This document shows, in pieces, positions 1 through 9,433 of a stretch of DNA of 64,000 bases. The stretch lies in contig CM074511.1 of assembly GCA_037379345.1 (NCBI GenBank), forward strand, positions 4,340,001 through 4,404,000, read 5' to 3'. Within the stretch, counting starts at the first letter, position 1. Every line of letters starts with the position of its first letter. Both the position numbers and the translations under genes were made by a program. The notes below the pieces were generated by a model that saw only the letters and a program-made list of their open reading frames with translations, was not told where the DNA came from and made no database searches. This stretch comes from Perna viridis. Lineage: Eukaryota.

Positions 1-65
1 TGATATTCCTGGAGACTTTCGTCGAAAGTCAGTCCTTCGGTGATAGTGAGCATATCGGCCATCAT
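1..65 (-). CDS. N-terminus of probable Polinton major capsid protein (PY, double jelly-roll), truncated by window edge
   Basis: Minus strand reads MMADMLTITEGLTFDESLQEY, resembling the D-(I/M)-L-x-I...(F/V)-D-(E/D)-S-(I/L)-x-x-Y start I recall for Polinton MCPs; preceded by the TAGATAAAT motif. Only 21 codons visible. Confidence 0.6.
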   Translation of the reverse strand, partial: MMADMLTITEGLTFDESLQEY

Positions 66-69
66 ATAT

Positions 70-417
70 TTATCTATAGCGCTGGACGAAGTCATGGATG
101 GTGGCGATGCCCCCACCCGAGATGAGATTATTGAGACGGACCTGCTGCTGTGAGGTCCTCTTGACCTTGGAGGATGGTGCTTGGAGTGCATTTTTCTTGC
201 GAGTCACTCGATGGACGACGTGGTCATCGGCCTTGGTCGCACCTTTCTCCACGCCTTTCAGGGCTGCATTGGAAGCGGCGCTCACGGCCTTGCTACCCAG
301 CGTCTTCGCGGCGGAAGAGGTAAGCACACGTCCGGCCAGACTGGTGATGGTATCGAATAGTCCTCGTCCGCCGACTGCATACTTCCGACGATAACCGTGA
401 TTCACTACTAAAGGCAT
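70..417 (-). CDS. Small basic Polinton protein (putative virion core / membrane-active precursor)
   Basis: 115 aa, K/R/A/S-rich; GG-type motifs (YAVGG-RG, LISGG-G) resembling adenain sites; amphipathic GLFDTITSLAGRVL after the first. Confidence 0.7.
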   Translation of the reverse strand: MPLVVNHGYRRKYAVGGRGLFDTITSLAGRVLTSSAAKTLGSKAVSAASNAALKGVEKGATKADDHVVHRVTRKKNALQAPSSKVKRTSQQQVRLNNLISGGGIATIHDFVQRYR

Positions 418-428
418 CGTAAATTTAT

Positions 429-1030
429 CTAGAGGAGCCCCCGATGCAGCTTCTCGTACTCATCCCTGCTGATATGACCGGACTTCCTCATGGCGTCGAG
501 GATGGCCATGATTTCGTTGCGCACCCCGTCTTCCACGTCGAAATCTTTGGGGTGTTTCAGGACCATAAGCTCCCACAGGCCGGGGGTGCCCTTATAGCGC
601 TCGCCATCGATGAAGATATCGTCTCCGTCGGAGGTGACGGGCAGACTTCCGATCATGATGTAGCCGTCATCCACTCGCAATCCAAAGGTATGGTCGGCCT
701 TGGGAGTCATACTGACCTGGAGATAGTGCGTCGCTCGCGGACCGAGGCTGGTACTCAATGCTTGCTCGATGGGCAGTGGGTCGTCGTCGTCCCCGGCAGC
801 AGGGAAAGGAGGGGTAAGGGCAGGCATCGGGGCAGGCAGAGCAAGTGGGATTTCTTCGATCTTTTTGGTGATCTGGGAGGCAGTCTCCTTTTGCGACTCG
901 ACCACGGGCTTGAATATCTTTGAGAGGTCGCGACTGAGTCCGATCTTATCTAGGCGACGCTGCATATCGCTAGCCTGGATGCTAAGCTTGGTCTCCTGCA
1001 AGTCCCTAGCAAGCGCCTCATGTTCAGCCC
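429..1030 (-). pseudogene. Conserved Polinton accessory protein (YKGTPGLWEL family), N-terminally and probably internally deleted
   Basis: Motifs LSKIFKPVVESQ, DHTFGL, IG...DDIFIDGERYKGTPGLWEL, GVRNEI...ISRDEY; the 5' end is replaced by short direct repeats at ~1022-1105. Confidence 0.7.
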
Positions 1031-1181
1031 ATCGCCCCTTAGCGTTCAGCCCATCGCCCCCCATCGCCCCATAGCGTTTGATCGAACGCCCCATAGCGTT
1101 GGATCAATCATTCTCCCATGCTTTTTGCCTCCTGCCTCAGCGGGATGCAAAAACCGTGGATTCCCGAAGTGATGGCGGATC

Positions 1182-1717
1182 CTACGCACTTTCCATGCAT
1201 TTGGAGGAGCAGAAAGGCTCGTGGCCGATCCTCCTCTGGGCTTTGCGGAGATCGTACTCTCCCACAATCCTCACTTTTACGCCCGACCAGAGGGTGGCAA
1301 ATTTGGGTACGTATATAATCTCGTGGATACGGTGCAAGACCTTACCGCGGGCAATCTTAGCACCACACCGATAGCATACCTCGGGGAAAAGCTTCAAATG
1401 TCTCTTGCACTTATCACTGCCCGATATGGAGGGATACGTGCACTGATGGCCGCGGACGGTCTTGATGCAGCATGGGAGTCCGGGCGGTTGCTTAGGTTTG
1501 CGGGAGGGCTGAAAATTATAGGCCCTTCCTTCGAAATCCTGATCATCGATGCGGTGAGCGTACCTTTCAGCTCCACATCTACTGCAGCAATACCCCGGGA
1601 TATCGCCATTAATAAGCACGCGCTCCCACCGGTGCTTGCATTCAGGGGGTGGTCGTGGGGGCTTGGGGGCATTCTCCCGATCCAAGTCCAGTTGAAAAAT
1701 TCCTGCAAGTGATCCAT
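1182..1717 (-). pseudogene. Cys/His-rich multi-zinc-finger protein; probable 1-nt frameshift near 1692
   Basis: ATG at 1717 (MDHLQEFF) follows an AGATAAA motif and joins the 1685-1182 frame by one frameshift; ECKH...CCSRCG, C-x7/8-C-x10-C-x2-H, CYRCG and FCSSKC motifs. Confidence 0.55.
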
Positions 1718-1725
1718 TCTTTATC

Positions 1726-2687
1726 TTAGACTCGATAGAAATCGTCTAGATTGCATCGATATTTCCCATCCGTCTTGGAGCTTGTGAGATCGATGGTCAT
1801 AAATCCGTGAGACTTGGCCCAGCAGTGATTGCATAGGGCATCGAATTGAGCCGAGGTGAGATGGCCGCAATGGTCCCGGCGGATATGATCGCGATTTTTG
1901 GCATCCTGGTCAAAGAGGCAGACGAAGTTTGCATTCTCCCGGATCGATTGCCGCGGGAGCTTGAAGTAATTTTGGCAGCTTGTGAGATCGATGGTCATAA
2001 ATCCGTGAGACTTGGCCCAGCAGTGATTGCATAGGGCATCGAATTGAGCCGAGGTGAGATGGCCGCAATGGTCCCGGCGGATATGATCGCGATTTTTGGC
2101 ATCCTGGTCAAAGAGGCAGACGAAGTTTGCATTCTCCCGGATCGATTGCCGCGGGAGCTTGAAGTAATTTTGGCAGAGGTAGAAGCAGTCCACGTTATTA
2201 TGGCGACCGCGCACGTAGTAGTCTTCGCACTTGCTCTGCTTGCTCAGCATCAAGTCGTCGAAGACCATGAGGTTCTTGCGGGTGGGATCGAGCTCTCGAG
2301 GATCCGGCACATCGCTCACCTGCTCAAAGAAGAAAGGTTCGATACCGCTAGGCTTGGTCGGCGGCTTCATCATCTGCACCACGTCGACCAAAGAGTGGGG
2401 GTAGCGATCCTTGATGGAGAGAAGGTTGCGGATATCGTCTTTCGAAAACCCCTTCCCAGCGTCTGCCACAGTAGCTGGTAGATGGGCTGGTGGAGCGATT
2501 TACCGAAGACGTAGAGGCGATCGTAGTCGAGCCATCCATCGCGCAGGAGGAGGTTATTCAGCAGCGTCGTCTTGCCGCAGTCCGACTTTCCGATGATCAG
2601 ACCTCGGATGGATCGCTGCGGGAGGAGAAAGTGGTTATGCCGACGACTCGCGGTGGGCTCATCGTAGGTAAGGTCTTCAACGTCCAT
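1726..2687 (-). pseudogene. A32/FtsK-type DNA packaging ATPase, frameshifted (~2455), with an internal 198-bp duplication
   Basis: Walker A GKSDCGKT (D where G is usual), Walker B LMVFDD, RGRH motif, QNYFKLPRQSIRENAN; split over ORFs 2370..2687 and 1726..2469. Confidence 0.92.
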
Positions 2688-2704
2688 TTATCTATATAAA
2701 ATGG

Positions 2705-4108
2705 GAGTGCAAGCGGCCGACCGAGACAGAAAGTCGCTATGAGACCACCACCAACAATGGGAGGCGGCGGAGGGGTGGGCTATGCGCCGTTTGCGGGGCT
2801 AGGAAGTCTCAGTTCCTCCGAGGGAGCGAGGGTGCGGGACTCGTAAATAAGATGATCAACCATCTGCCCGTGGAGATGCATCTGCCGGGACATAATTTTA
2901 CCGGGCCGGGCACCCAGCTCCATAAGCGTCTAAATGCAGATGGCACCCCCAAGGTTTGGTCGAAGCCCATTAATCGGGTGGATCAGGCCGCCTATCGGCA
3001 CGATCTCTGCTACGCCAAGCATAAGGATACTGCCGCTCGCAATTCCATCTGCGATAAGGCCATGCTAGCCTCACTGGACGCCATTCCCAATCCCACCGTC
3101 CGGGAGCGCATGGACCGCAGCATCGTGAAGCCCATCATCGGCACCAAAGCACGATTTGGGCTGGGAGTGCGGGAAAAAAAAGTACGATGGTCGGACGAAC
3201 TAGCCGAAGAGCTGCATAAGCCAGTCCGACGCAAATTCCAGAAGCGTCGCGTGGTGGTAGGTGGGGTGGATGAGACCTGGGCTGCCGATCTCGTGGATAT
3301 GAGCGCCTTCTCCCGCGATAACCGAGGCTTCAAGTATCTCCTGAGCATCATCGACGTCTTTTCAAAGTACGGCTGGTTGGTATCGCTCAAGGATAAGAAA
3401 GGCGCCACGATACGAGATGCCTTCCGGACCGTCTTCAAGGATCGCACGCCCGAGAAGCTATGGACCGATAAGGGCACGGAATTTTACAATCGTGAGGTGA
3501 AGGATCTGCTTCGGAAGCACGACGTCGATCTCTACTCCACCGAGAATGAGGAAAAATCGAGCGTGGTGGAGCGCTGGAATCGTACCATGAAGGAAAAGAT
3601 GTTCAAATACTTCTCGGCCAATTCCACGCGGGCCTACCTTCCCGTCCTGGACGATCTCGTCCGCCAGTATAATACCACCAAGCATCGATCCATCAAGATG
3701 ACCCTTACCGCGGCCAGCCAGAAAGAGCACGAGTCCAAGGTCTTCTGGAATCTCTACGGAGACCTCCCACCCATGCAGCCTCAGCGATTCAATGTCGGCG
3801 ATAAGGTCCGGATCACCAGGAAGAAGGGCATCTTCGAGAAGGGATGTACTCCGCGCTGGACGAAGGAAGTCTTCACCATTGCCCAGACCCTATCGACGCA
3901 GCCGCCCACCTATCGTCTCACAGACTATGAGGGTGAGGAAATCAAGGGATCCTTTTATGAGCCCGAGCTCCAGCACACCGACCAGGATATCTATCGCATC
4001 GAGAAAGTCTTGCGCCGGCGGACCCGAGGAGGGACGAAGGAAATCTACGTCAAGTGGAGAGGCTACCCCAAAGAATTCAATTCCTGGATCAAAGAGTCCG
4101 ACTTGTAA
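2705..4108 (+). CDS. Polyprotein: Zn-ribbon / parvovirus VP1u-like PLA2 domain / rve (DDE) integrase / chromodomain
   Basis: Frame open from 2705 (ECKRPT...NGR...CAVCGARKSQF) into ATG 2852; LPGHNFTGPGT...DQAAYRHDLCY (PLA2-like); WAADLVD / WTDKGTEF / VVERWNRT (D,D,E); C-terminal YRIEKVL...YVKWRGYPKEFNSW (chromo). The ATG at 2701 is out of frame by one base. Confidence 0.93.
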   Translation, partial: ECKRPTETESRYETTTNNGRRRRGGLCAVCGARKSQFLRGSEGAGLVNKMINHLPVEMHLPGHNFTGPGTQLHKRLNADGTPKVWSKPINRVDQAAYRHDLCYAKHKDTAARNSICDKAMLASLDAIPNPTVRERMDRSIVKPIIGTKARFGLGVREKKVRWSDELAEELHKPVRRKFQKRRVVVGGVDETWAADLVDMSAFSRDNRGFKYLLSIIDVFSKYGWLVSLKDKKGATIRDAFRTVFKDRTPEKLWTDKGTEFYNREVKDLLRKHDVDLYSTENEEKSSVVERWNRTMKEKMFKYFSANSTRAYLPVLDDLVRQYNTTKHRSIKMTLTAASQKEHESKVFWNLYGDLPPMQPQRFNVGDKVRITRKKGIFEKGCTPRWTKEVFTIAQTLSTQPPTYRLTDYEGEEIKGSFYEPELQHTDQDIYRIEKVLRRRTRGGTKEIYVKWRGYPKEFNSWIKESDL

Positions 4109-4161
4109 TGATCCCCAGCAGGCTTTCCGGTCTCGATCAAAGGAGACCAGAAAGTCTTGAT

Positions 4162-4602
4162 TTACACATGCTTCAGTTCGACGAAGAGCCTTAATGCGTC
4201 TAGATCCTCTTTCAAGCGGTCGTAAAGTGCTTTTGTGATGGGCTCGTTATCAGTCCGGGGGAGTGGGAGATTTAGTAGGTGATACTTTCGCATGTCTAGA
4301 TCCGAATTCACCTTACCGCTGTCTGACTTATCGACTTTGCCATCTTCTACGGCCATCAGCTTTTTGGTCAGGTCTTTGATCGATGCGTCATGCTCCTTTT
4401 GCATCTGCTTAATCTCCGAATCTAGCTCATCGATGTCTTTCATGCTGTCTTTCAATTGTTGGCTGACCCATCGCTTCGTCACGGCGTCCGAGCTGTCTCG
4501 GGGCAAACCGAGGCTGGTGATCCGATGATCTTTCATATCGAGATCCTGAAGCATCCGCCAGACGGGCATGCGCTTTCTCGAGTGAGATCCAAACTTATCC
4601 AT
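4162..4602 (-). CDS. Putative fibre/spike-like protein (two neck-type repeats around a coiled coil)
   Basis: DLDMKDHRITSLGLPRDSSDAVTKRWV and DLDMRKYHLLNLPLPRTDNEPITKALYD resemble the I-x-N-L-x-x-P...DA(A/V)TKxYVD repeats of phage tail fibres and trimeric adhesin necks; heptad-rich middle. Confidence 0.6.
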   Translation of the reverse strand: MDKFGSHSRKRMPVWRMLQDLDMKDHRITSLGLPRDSSDAVTKRWVSQQLKDSMKDIDELDSEIKQMQKEHDASIKDLTKKLMAVEDGKVDKSDSGKVNSDLDMRKYHLLNLPLPRTDNEPITKALYDRLKEDLDALRLFVELKHV

Positions 4603-4606
4603 TTAT

Positions 4607-5020
4607 CTATAGTCCGAAGATCACCTCCTCGAGCGTCCGACCTTCCGATAAGAGCTTCAGTACGTGCAGGCAAAAGTGCCCGCAGACCACGTCGCCGCGC
4701 CACTGGAGCTCATCGGTATTATATCGAATTTCCGGCTGCAGATAGTCGACCATCTCGTCGGGTGGAGGCAGGCCGTAGGAGTCGAAGTAGACTTTGAATC
4801 CTCCACACTTATGCCAGCATGTCCAGTGCGTGCCCTGACCATGACGATCGTCGTGATTCAGGATACCGCACTCGGTGGGATGGGGGTTGGGTGGTAGGGC
4901 ATCGCGCATGAATATTCCTCTGAATCGAGGGATGCCTAGGGCTGTGGCAGCTTCTTCCAGCTCTACGTTGGAGAGGGGCTTGTGGGGGAGGAGGATACCA
5001 TGCACTCGTATGCTGCTTAT
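4607..5020 (-). pseudogene. Adenain-type (clan CE) cysteine maturation protease; start codon apparently mutated ATG>ATA
   Basis: GTHW (His), YFDSYG (Asp), LQ...VCGHFC (Gln, Cys) intact; frame extends to TAGATAA-ATA-AGC-AGC-ATA-CGA-GTG, with ATA at 5020-5018 where neighbouring genes have TAAATG. Confidence 0.88.
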
Positions 5021-5024
5021 TTAT

Positions 5025-8000
5025 CTATGGATGGGCAGGCGAAGCCGACGAAGTCCCGCACCCGTCAGAGCCTGAGAAGTGCAGATTTTTCCCGAGGTTC
5101 ATGGGCCTCGAGAAATTCTGAGTGGAGGGGGATGGGTTGGGGATGGTCGCCTCAGTCGCGGGAGATTCGGTAGTGACCATGCGCAAGGGTGCTGATACCG
5201 TCGGGGAGGATGTGGCGCTTATCGTCCTTGGCTGAGAGAGCAATCTTGTTTATCTCCCCGGCGTAGATCTGATGGAGATGGCTGCGAAGGATGCTCATCG
5301 GTCGGTGGATCTCCTGCTGAGTCTCAAGGCATCGCTTGTAATCCTCGAAGGCGATGCTACCTTGATGACGCTCTTGGTGACTCCCTTCGCCTTCTTGGTG
5401 GTCTGACCGTCATTCATTTTGAAGGCGTATAGCTTGGCCCGGAGCCCCACGAATTCGGCCATGATCTTACCGCTGCATTCGTCTTTGAACATCCCGATGA
5501 CCTTCTTATTCACGCCGGTGGGGATGTCGGAGGGATGCTCGGCCGGGTAGTATCGAATTTTTCCTACACGTGCGGTGTGATATCCTTGTAGAAGTTGGCG
5601 GTCTGGATCTCGTAAGCCAAGCTATCGGTGTCGGTGAAAAGTAGTCGGGCACGATCACCGTACATCTCCTTCACGAATCCGTAGTGGAAGTCGTACATAA
5701 GGAGCTTCGAGATGTCCAATATGCACGCTCCCAGGTAGACGGGCTTATCGAACTTCAGCTTGGTCTTCTTCATATGAACGGCTGCTAGATTCTCGGTGAA
5801 GACGACGCGACGATCGAAGTTGGGCTCGGCCACTAGCTTCAGGGCCTGCTTCTCGGTGGTGACCAGCCTGACGTCGACGTCCGGATATTCTCCATGGTCT
5901 TGCTGAAGACCGAATTATTCATGAGCTTGAAGAAGTCCTTCTCGGAGTCGGTCTTGGCCCGGGCGCGAAGAGTGGTATTCAGATCGATGTATTTCTTGAG
6001 CCATGGAGATTGGCTGAATCCGATGATGCGATGGACTTTGGTGAGCTTCATCCCCCTCTCCAGATACATCTTGAGATTACGATAGTGAAGGGTATATTTC
6101 TCACGCTTGCCCAGGTGAGGCACGAGCTTGTGCACTTTGCCGACCTCCACGTTCTCGGGCGCGAGAGGGTAGTCTTTGTGGGCGTCGTGAAGATCTTGAG
6201 GATATTCCAGATCGCATTCCACCATGGCGTCGTACTCGTGGTCGTCGGGATATTCCAGGATCTTCTCGATCTCCTCCGGCTCCATCCACTCGAAGTCTCC
6301 CGTGGGAAGGGACTGCACCATCGCCCACCCGTAGAGATTGTTGGCGTCGAGGTAGGTCAGATACTTGGTGGGCTGGGAGGCGTCGTACGTGGTCATGTAG
6401 GGTTTGTTGGCCTTGCGTAGCGGTGGGTGATCATGGCGACACCCCCTCTGGTTGCCCTCTCGAACATCATCAACATGTCCGGATCGGAGAGCAGCTCCAA
6501 TCTCACCTCCGTGGTTTTGAGGGCGGCGTCGTAGGATAGCCCGGGGGATGTGAAGTAGTGGGCGGGATCGAGTCCGTAGTGGGTCAAGCAGATATCCCTG
6601 AAATCCTCAAAGATGTCGGTCAGCAGCAGCACGTCAGTCTCGAGATAGAGGTCGTGATAATTGCGTATGTTTTTGCACCCGAAGGTCTCCCAGACCCTCT
6701 GAGCGTGTGCGTAATCCTCATCACTGATATGCTCTCCGGAGAGCGTGCTGAAGAAGGCTTCTTTGGTTGGGAGCTGAGTATCTTCCAGCTTGACCGGCCC
6801 ATCCATATAATCGTAGGGAAATACCCCCTTCCGAATCATTAGCTCGTGGCGATCGCCGAATCTCGCCTTCACGGTCGCGAATTGGTCGGGGTGAGATTCT
6901 TAGCTAGGGTATCCAGGCTGTTGAGCATAAACCTGCACGAATCGACGAATCTCATCTCCAGATCGTCCACCTGCTTGGAGAAGCTGATATACTTCTCGTC
7001 GTTATTGGGGATGCAGTTGATCTTACCCTCGGTGTGGCCAGGCTCCTTGACGAAGATATGAGCGTTGTATCCGCTCAAATTGTGGAAGAAGATGGGGACG
7101 TGCTTCGGAAGCTGGAAATCCAGATTGCACTGGTTGTGCGCTGCGCCGCGATATTTCCCGGTGAGGTGGTCGTGATCCCGGACCTTATCCCCTCTCAATG
7201 CATCGCCACAGATGTGGCAGCGCGTGCTTGCTTCGAAGCGCGCCTTATCGTCGTCGGTCATCTCCATGGGCTTATTCTCCTTGTATAGTTTGGAGATGGC
7301 GCACACTTCTTCCTTCTTTCTTGTACGCATTGTACAAATTTCTTGGCCGCATCCTCCCCGCAGTAGACGACTGGATCTTTGTAGTCGCCGTGAGCGTATT
7401 TCACGTAATAGCAGAAACCCGAGGGTCGCTGCAGTTGATAGGCCTTCGTGTAGGAGTGTGATGGAACCGGCTGACAGATGTTGAGCTTCTCCGTGAAGCA
7501 CTCGAAATCCGCGTATATCGCGAAGGGGACTCTCATCATCTTGAGATTATGGAAGGTTATGGTGGCTCCTTCTTCCGGCATCTCGATCTCTTTCTGGGTG
7601 CAATACTCCATGTGCTCGTCCAAGATGTCCTGCCTGGAAAAGTGGGAGAGGCATCTGCGGCAGAAGAAGAGCTCGTGACCAAGCTCTGAGATTTGGGAGC
7701 TCAAGAGTCGTGAGAGGCTCTTGATCCAGCAGTAATGCTGCTTATCTTCGCTAGTCAGGAAGAGAAGATCTACGTGGGTGGAACCCGTATTCTGGATATC
7801 TTGAGTGGGTAAACCTGGATATCCTCTTCACCATCCTCACCCTTCTTCACCCCATTAAACCTATAGACGTTGACGTTGATGGTGGGATTCTGCCTCTCGA
7901 ATTTATCAATCGCCTTGAGCGAGACCGGGAAGTTGATGCCTTCGAAATTCAGCTCATCCTCCCATTTCTTGTACTGAGATACGCGGTTGGCTGATTTCTG

Positions 8001-8716
8001 ATCGACTTCTTCATGATGTAGGGCTGCCAGCACCGCCCACTGGAAGCAGCGATCATCCTCATTGTTCACGTTGACGATCGCCTTCTTTTTTGCGAGTGCT
8101 GATGGAGTCGGAATGAAGGAACCCCCCTTGAGCGGCTTGAATTGGTTGAGGTGGATTTCTAGCTTCTCGACGCGGCTGAAAGTCCACCCACTCCCTTCCC
8201 GCATGTATCTTGCCATACTTTCCTTGATCTTCGCGATCATGAAAGCGATCTCCAATTCGAGGTCAGATGACTGGTGAGGGTAGCAAGAGATGATCGAAAG
8301 TAGGGGATAACGTACGTATTTTTTCCAGTCGCGGGATTGGTCCTCACCAGCTCTGCTAGAAGTACTAAGTTCACCTTCAATCCCTTCTTTTTGGGCAAGC
8401 GCATCGGAGATGGTGGTGGTGATGGTGCTCCGACTTACCTTCAGAAAAGTGCTCACGTCGTGCGGCTTCGCGGGTTCTATGACGACCGTGCCAAATACGC
8501 CATTCAGTGCTTGACGCCTATCGGTGACCTTGATCTCATCCTCGACTGGGGTGCTTTTGATGTCCTCTTCCACCAGCTGGAGCAGATCCTCTCTCTTGAG
8601 CTGGGAGTACTTGGTGAGGCCACGATTCTTTGCCAGTGCTTTGAGCAGCTGCTTCTTGCTGAAGACTTCCTGGCGGGCAAATCTACGGGTGGTTTTCTCC
8701 TCGATGAGCTTCACGA
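5025..8716 (-). pseudogene. Protein-primed family B DNA polymerase (pPolB) with endonuclease-VII-like insert; multiple frameshifts, 5' end lost
   Basis: ExoI YADFEC, ExoII FHNLSGYNAH, ExoIII YLETDVLLL, PolA YLDANNLYG, PolB KLMNNSVFSKT, PolC FTDTDS, IGMFKDE; CHIC...VRDHDHLTGKYRGAAHNQCN insert; in-frame TAG at 5564-5566. Confidence 0.95.
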
Positions 8717-9363
8717 CAGAATGTGTCGCGTTACGTACTGAAATTGCGTCAATGAAAGCAGAGACAAAAATCATAACAGTCAAAAAAGGAAATTACAAAA
8801 ATAATGAAAGCGAAAGAAAAGCTAATTAGCGATATTGAAGTTATTCAGAGAGAATCAATGCGAGACAATTTACTTTTTCATGGAATAAAAGAGTCAACCG
8901 ATGAAGATTGTGTTGAGATTGTAAAAGAAATTTGTCAGTCAAAGCTTGAGATTGAGGATGATTTAACATCAAAACGGCATTTCGTCTCGGTAAAGTTAAA
9001 CGCTCTGAAAATGAAGATACGGTCCAAAACAAAGAACTAAGCAGGCCAATTCTTGTGAAATTTAGTGATAGGCAGAAACGTGATTCGGTTCGTAGAAAAA
9101 GTTTCAGATTGAAGGGTTCCGACATCTCAATAACTGATCATTTCCCAAAAACGGTGGTGGATAAAAGGCGTTCATTAATTCCGTTTCTGAAGCAAGATCG
9201 TGATGCGGAGGTTAAAGCTGTTCTAATACGTGATAAGTTGTTCATTGGAGGTGTAGTATATTCTGGTGGTTCAATCGAGGACGCGATTAAAGAAGTCACA
9301 AGTCAAAAAATGAAAATTGTTGATAAACATAAAAATAAACCCCATGAAAAAAAACGCAAGTGA
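8717..9363 (+). pseudogene. LINE ORF1 remnant (coiled coil + L1/Transposase_22-like RRM and C-terminal domain)
   Basis: SMRDNLLFHGIKE...EDCVEIVKEIC, RPILVKF, LKGSDISITDHFP, DKLFIGG; frameshifted. Confidence 0.8.
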
Positions 9364-9433
9364 TGCCAGTGGGGCCACGGGCGGTCCTGACGATAATGCG
9401 ATGACATAGAATTCGTCGGAATTATATGTTACA

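Larger units (their letters stand above)
1..8716. mobile_element. Polinton/Maverick (adintovirus-like) endogenous viral element; partial, decaying, runs off the left edge
   Basis: GC-rich, intronless, tightly packed ORFs with hallmark genes: protein-primed PolB, rve integrase + chromodomain, adenain-type protease, A32/FtsK-type ATPase, capsid-like N-terminus. No TIR at the right junction. Confidence 0.96.

Noticed and set aside
2852-4108. Domestication of the integrase because its ORF is intact
   Set aside because: It has substitutions at usually conserved positions (VSLK for VPLK, MTL for MTP, KGCT for KGYT) and its upstream ATG is out of frame, consistent with neutral decay.
98-8829. Antisense or overlapping ORFs in the Polinton (e.g. 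444-923, 1221-1712, 3010-3477, 6010-6420)
   Set aside because: Shadow ORFs expected opposite GC-rich coding sequence; no motifs.
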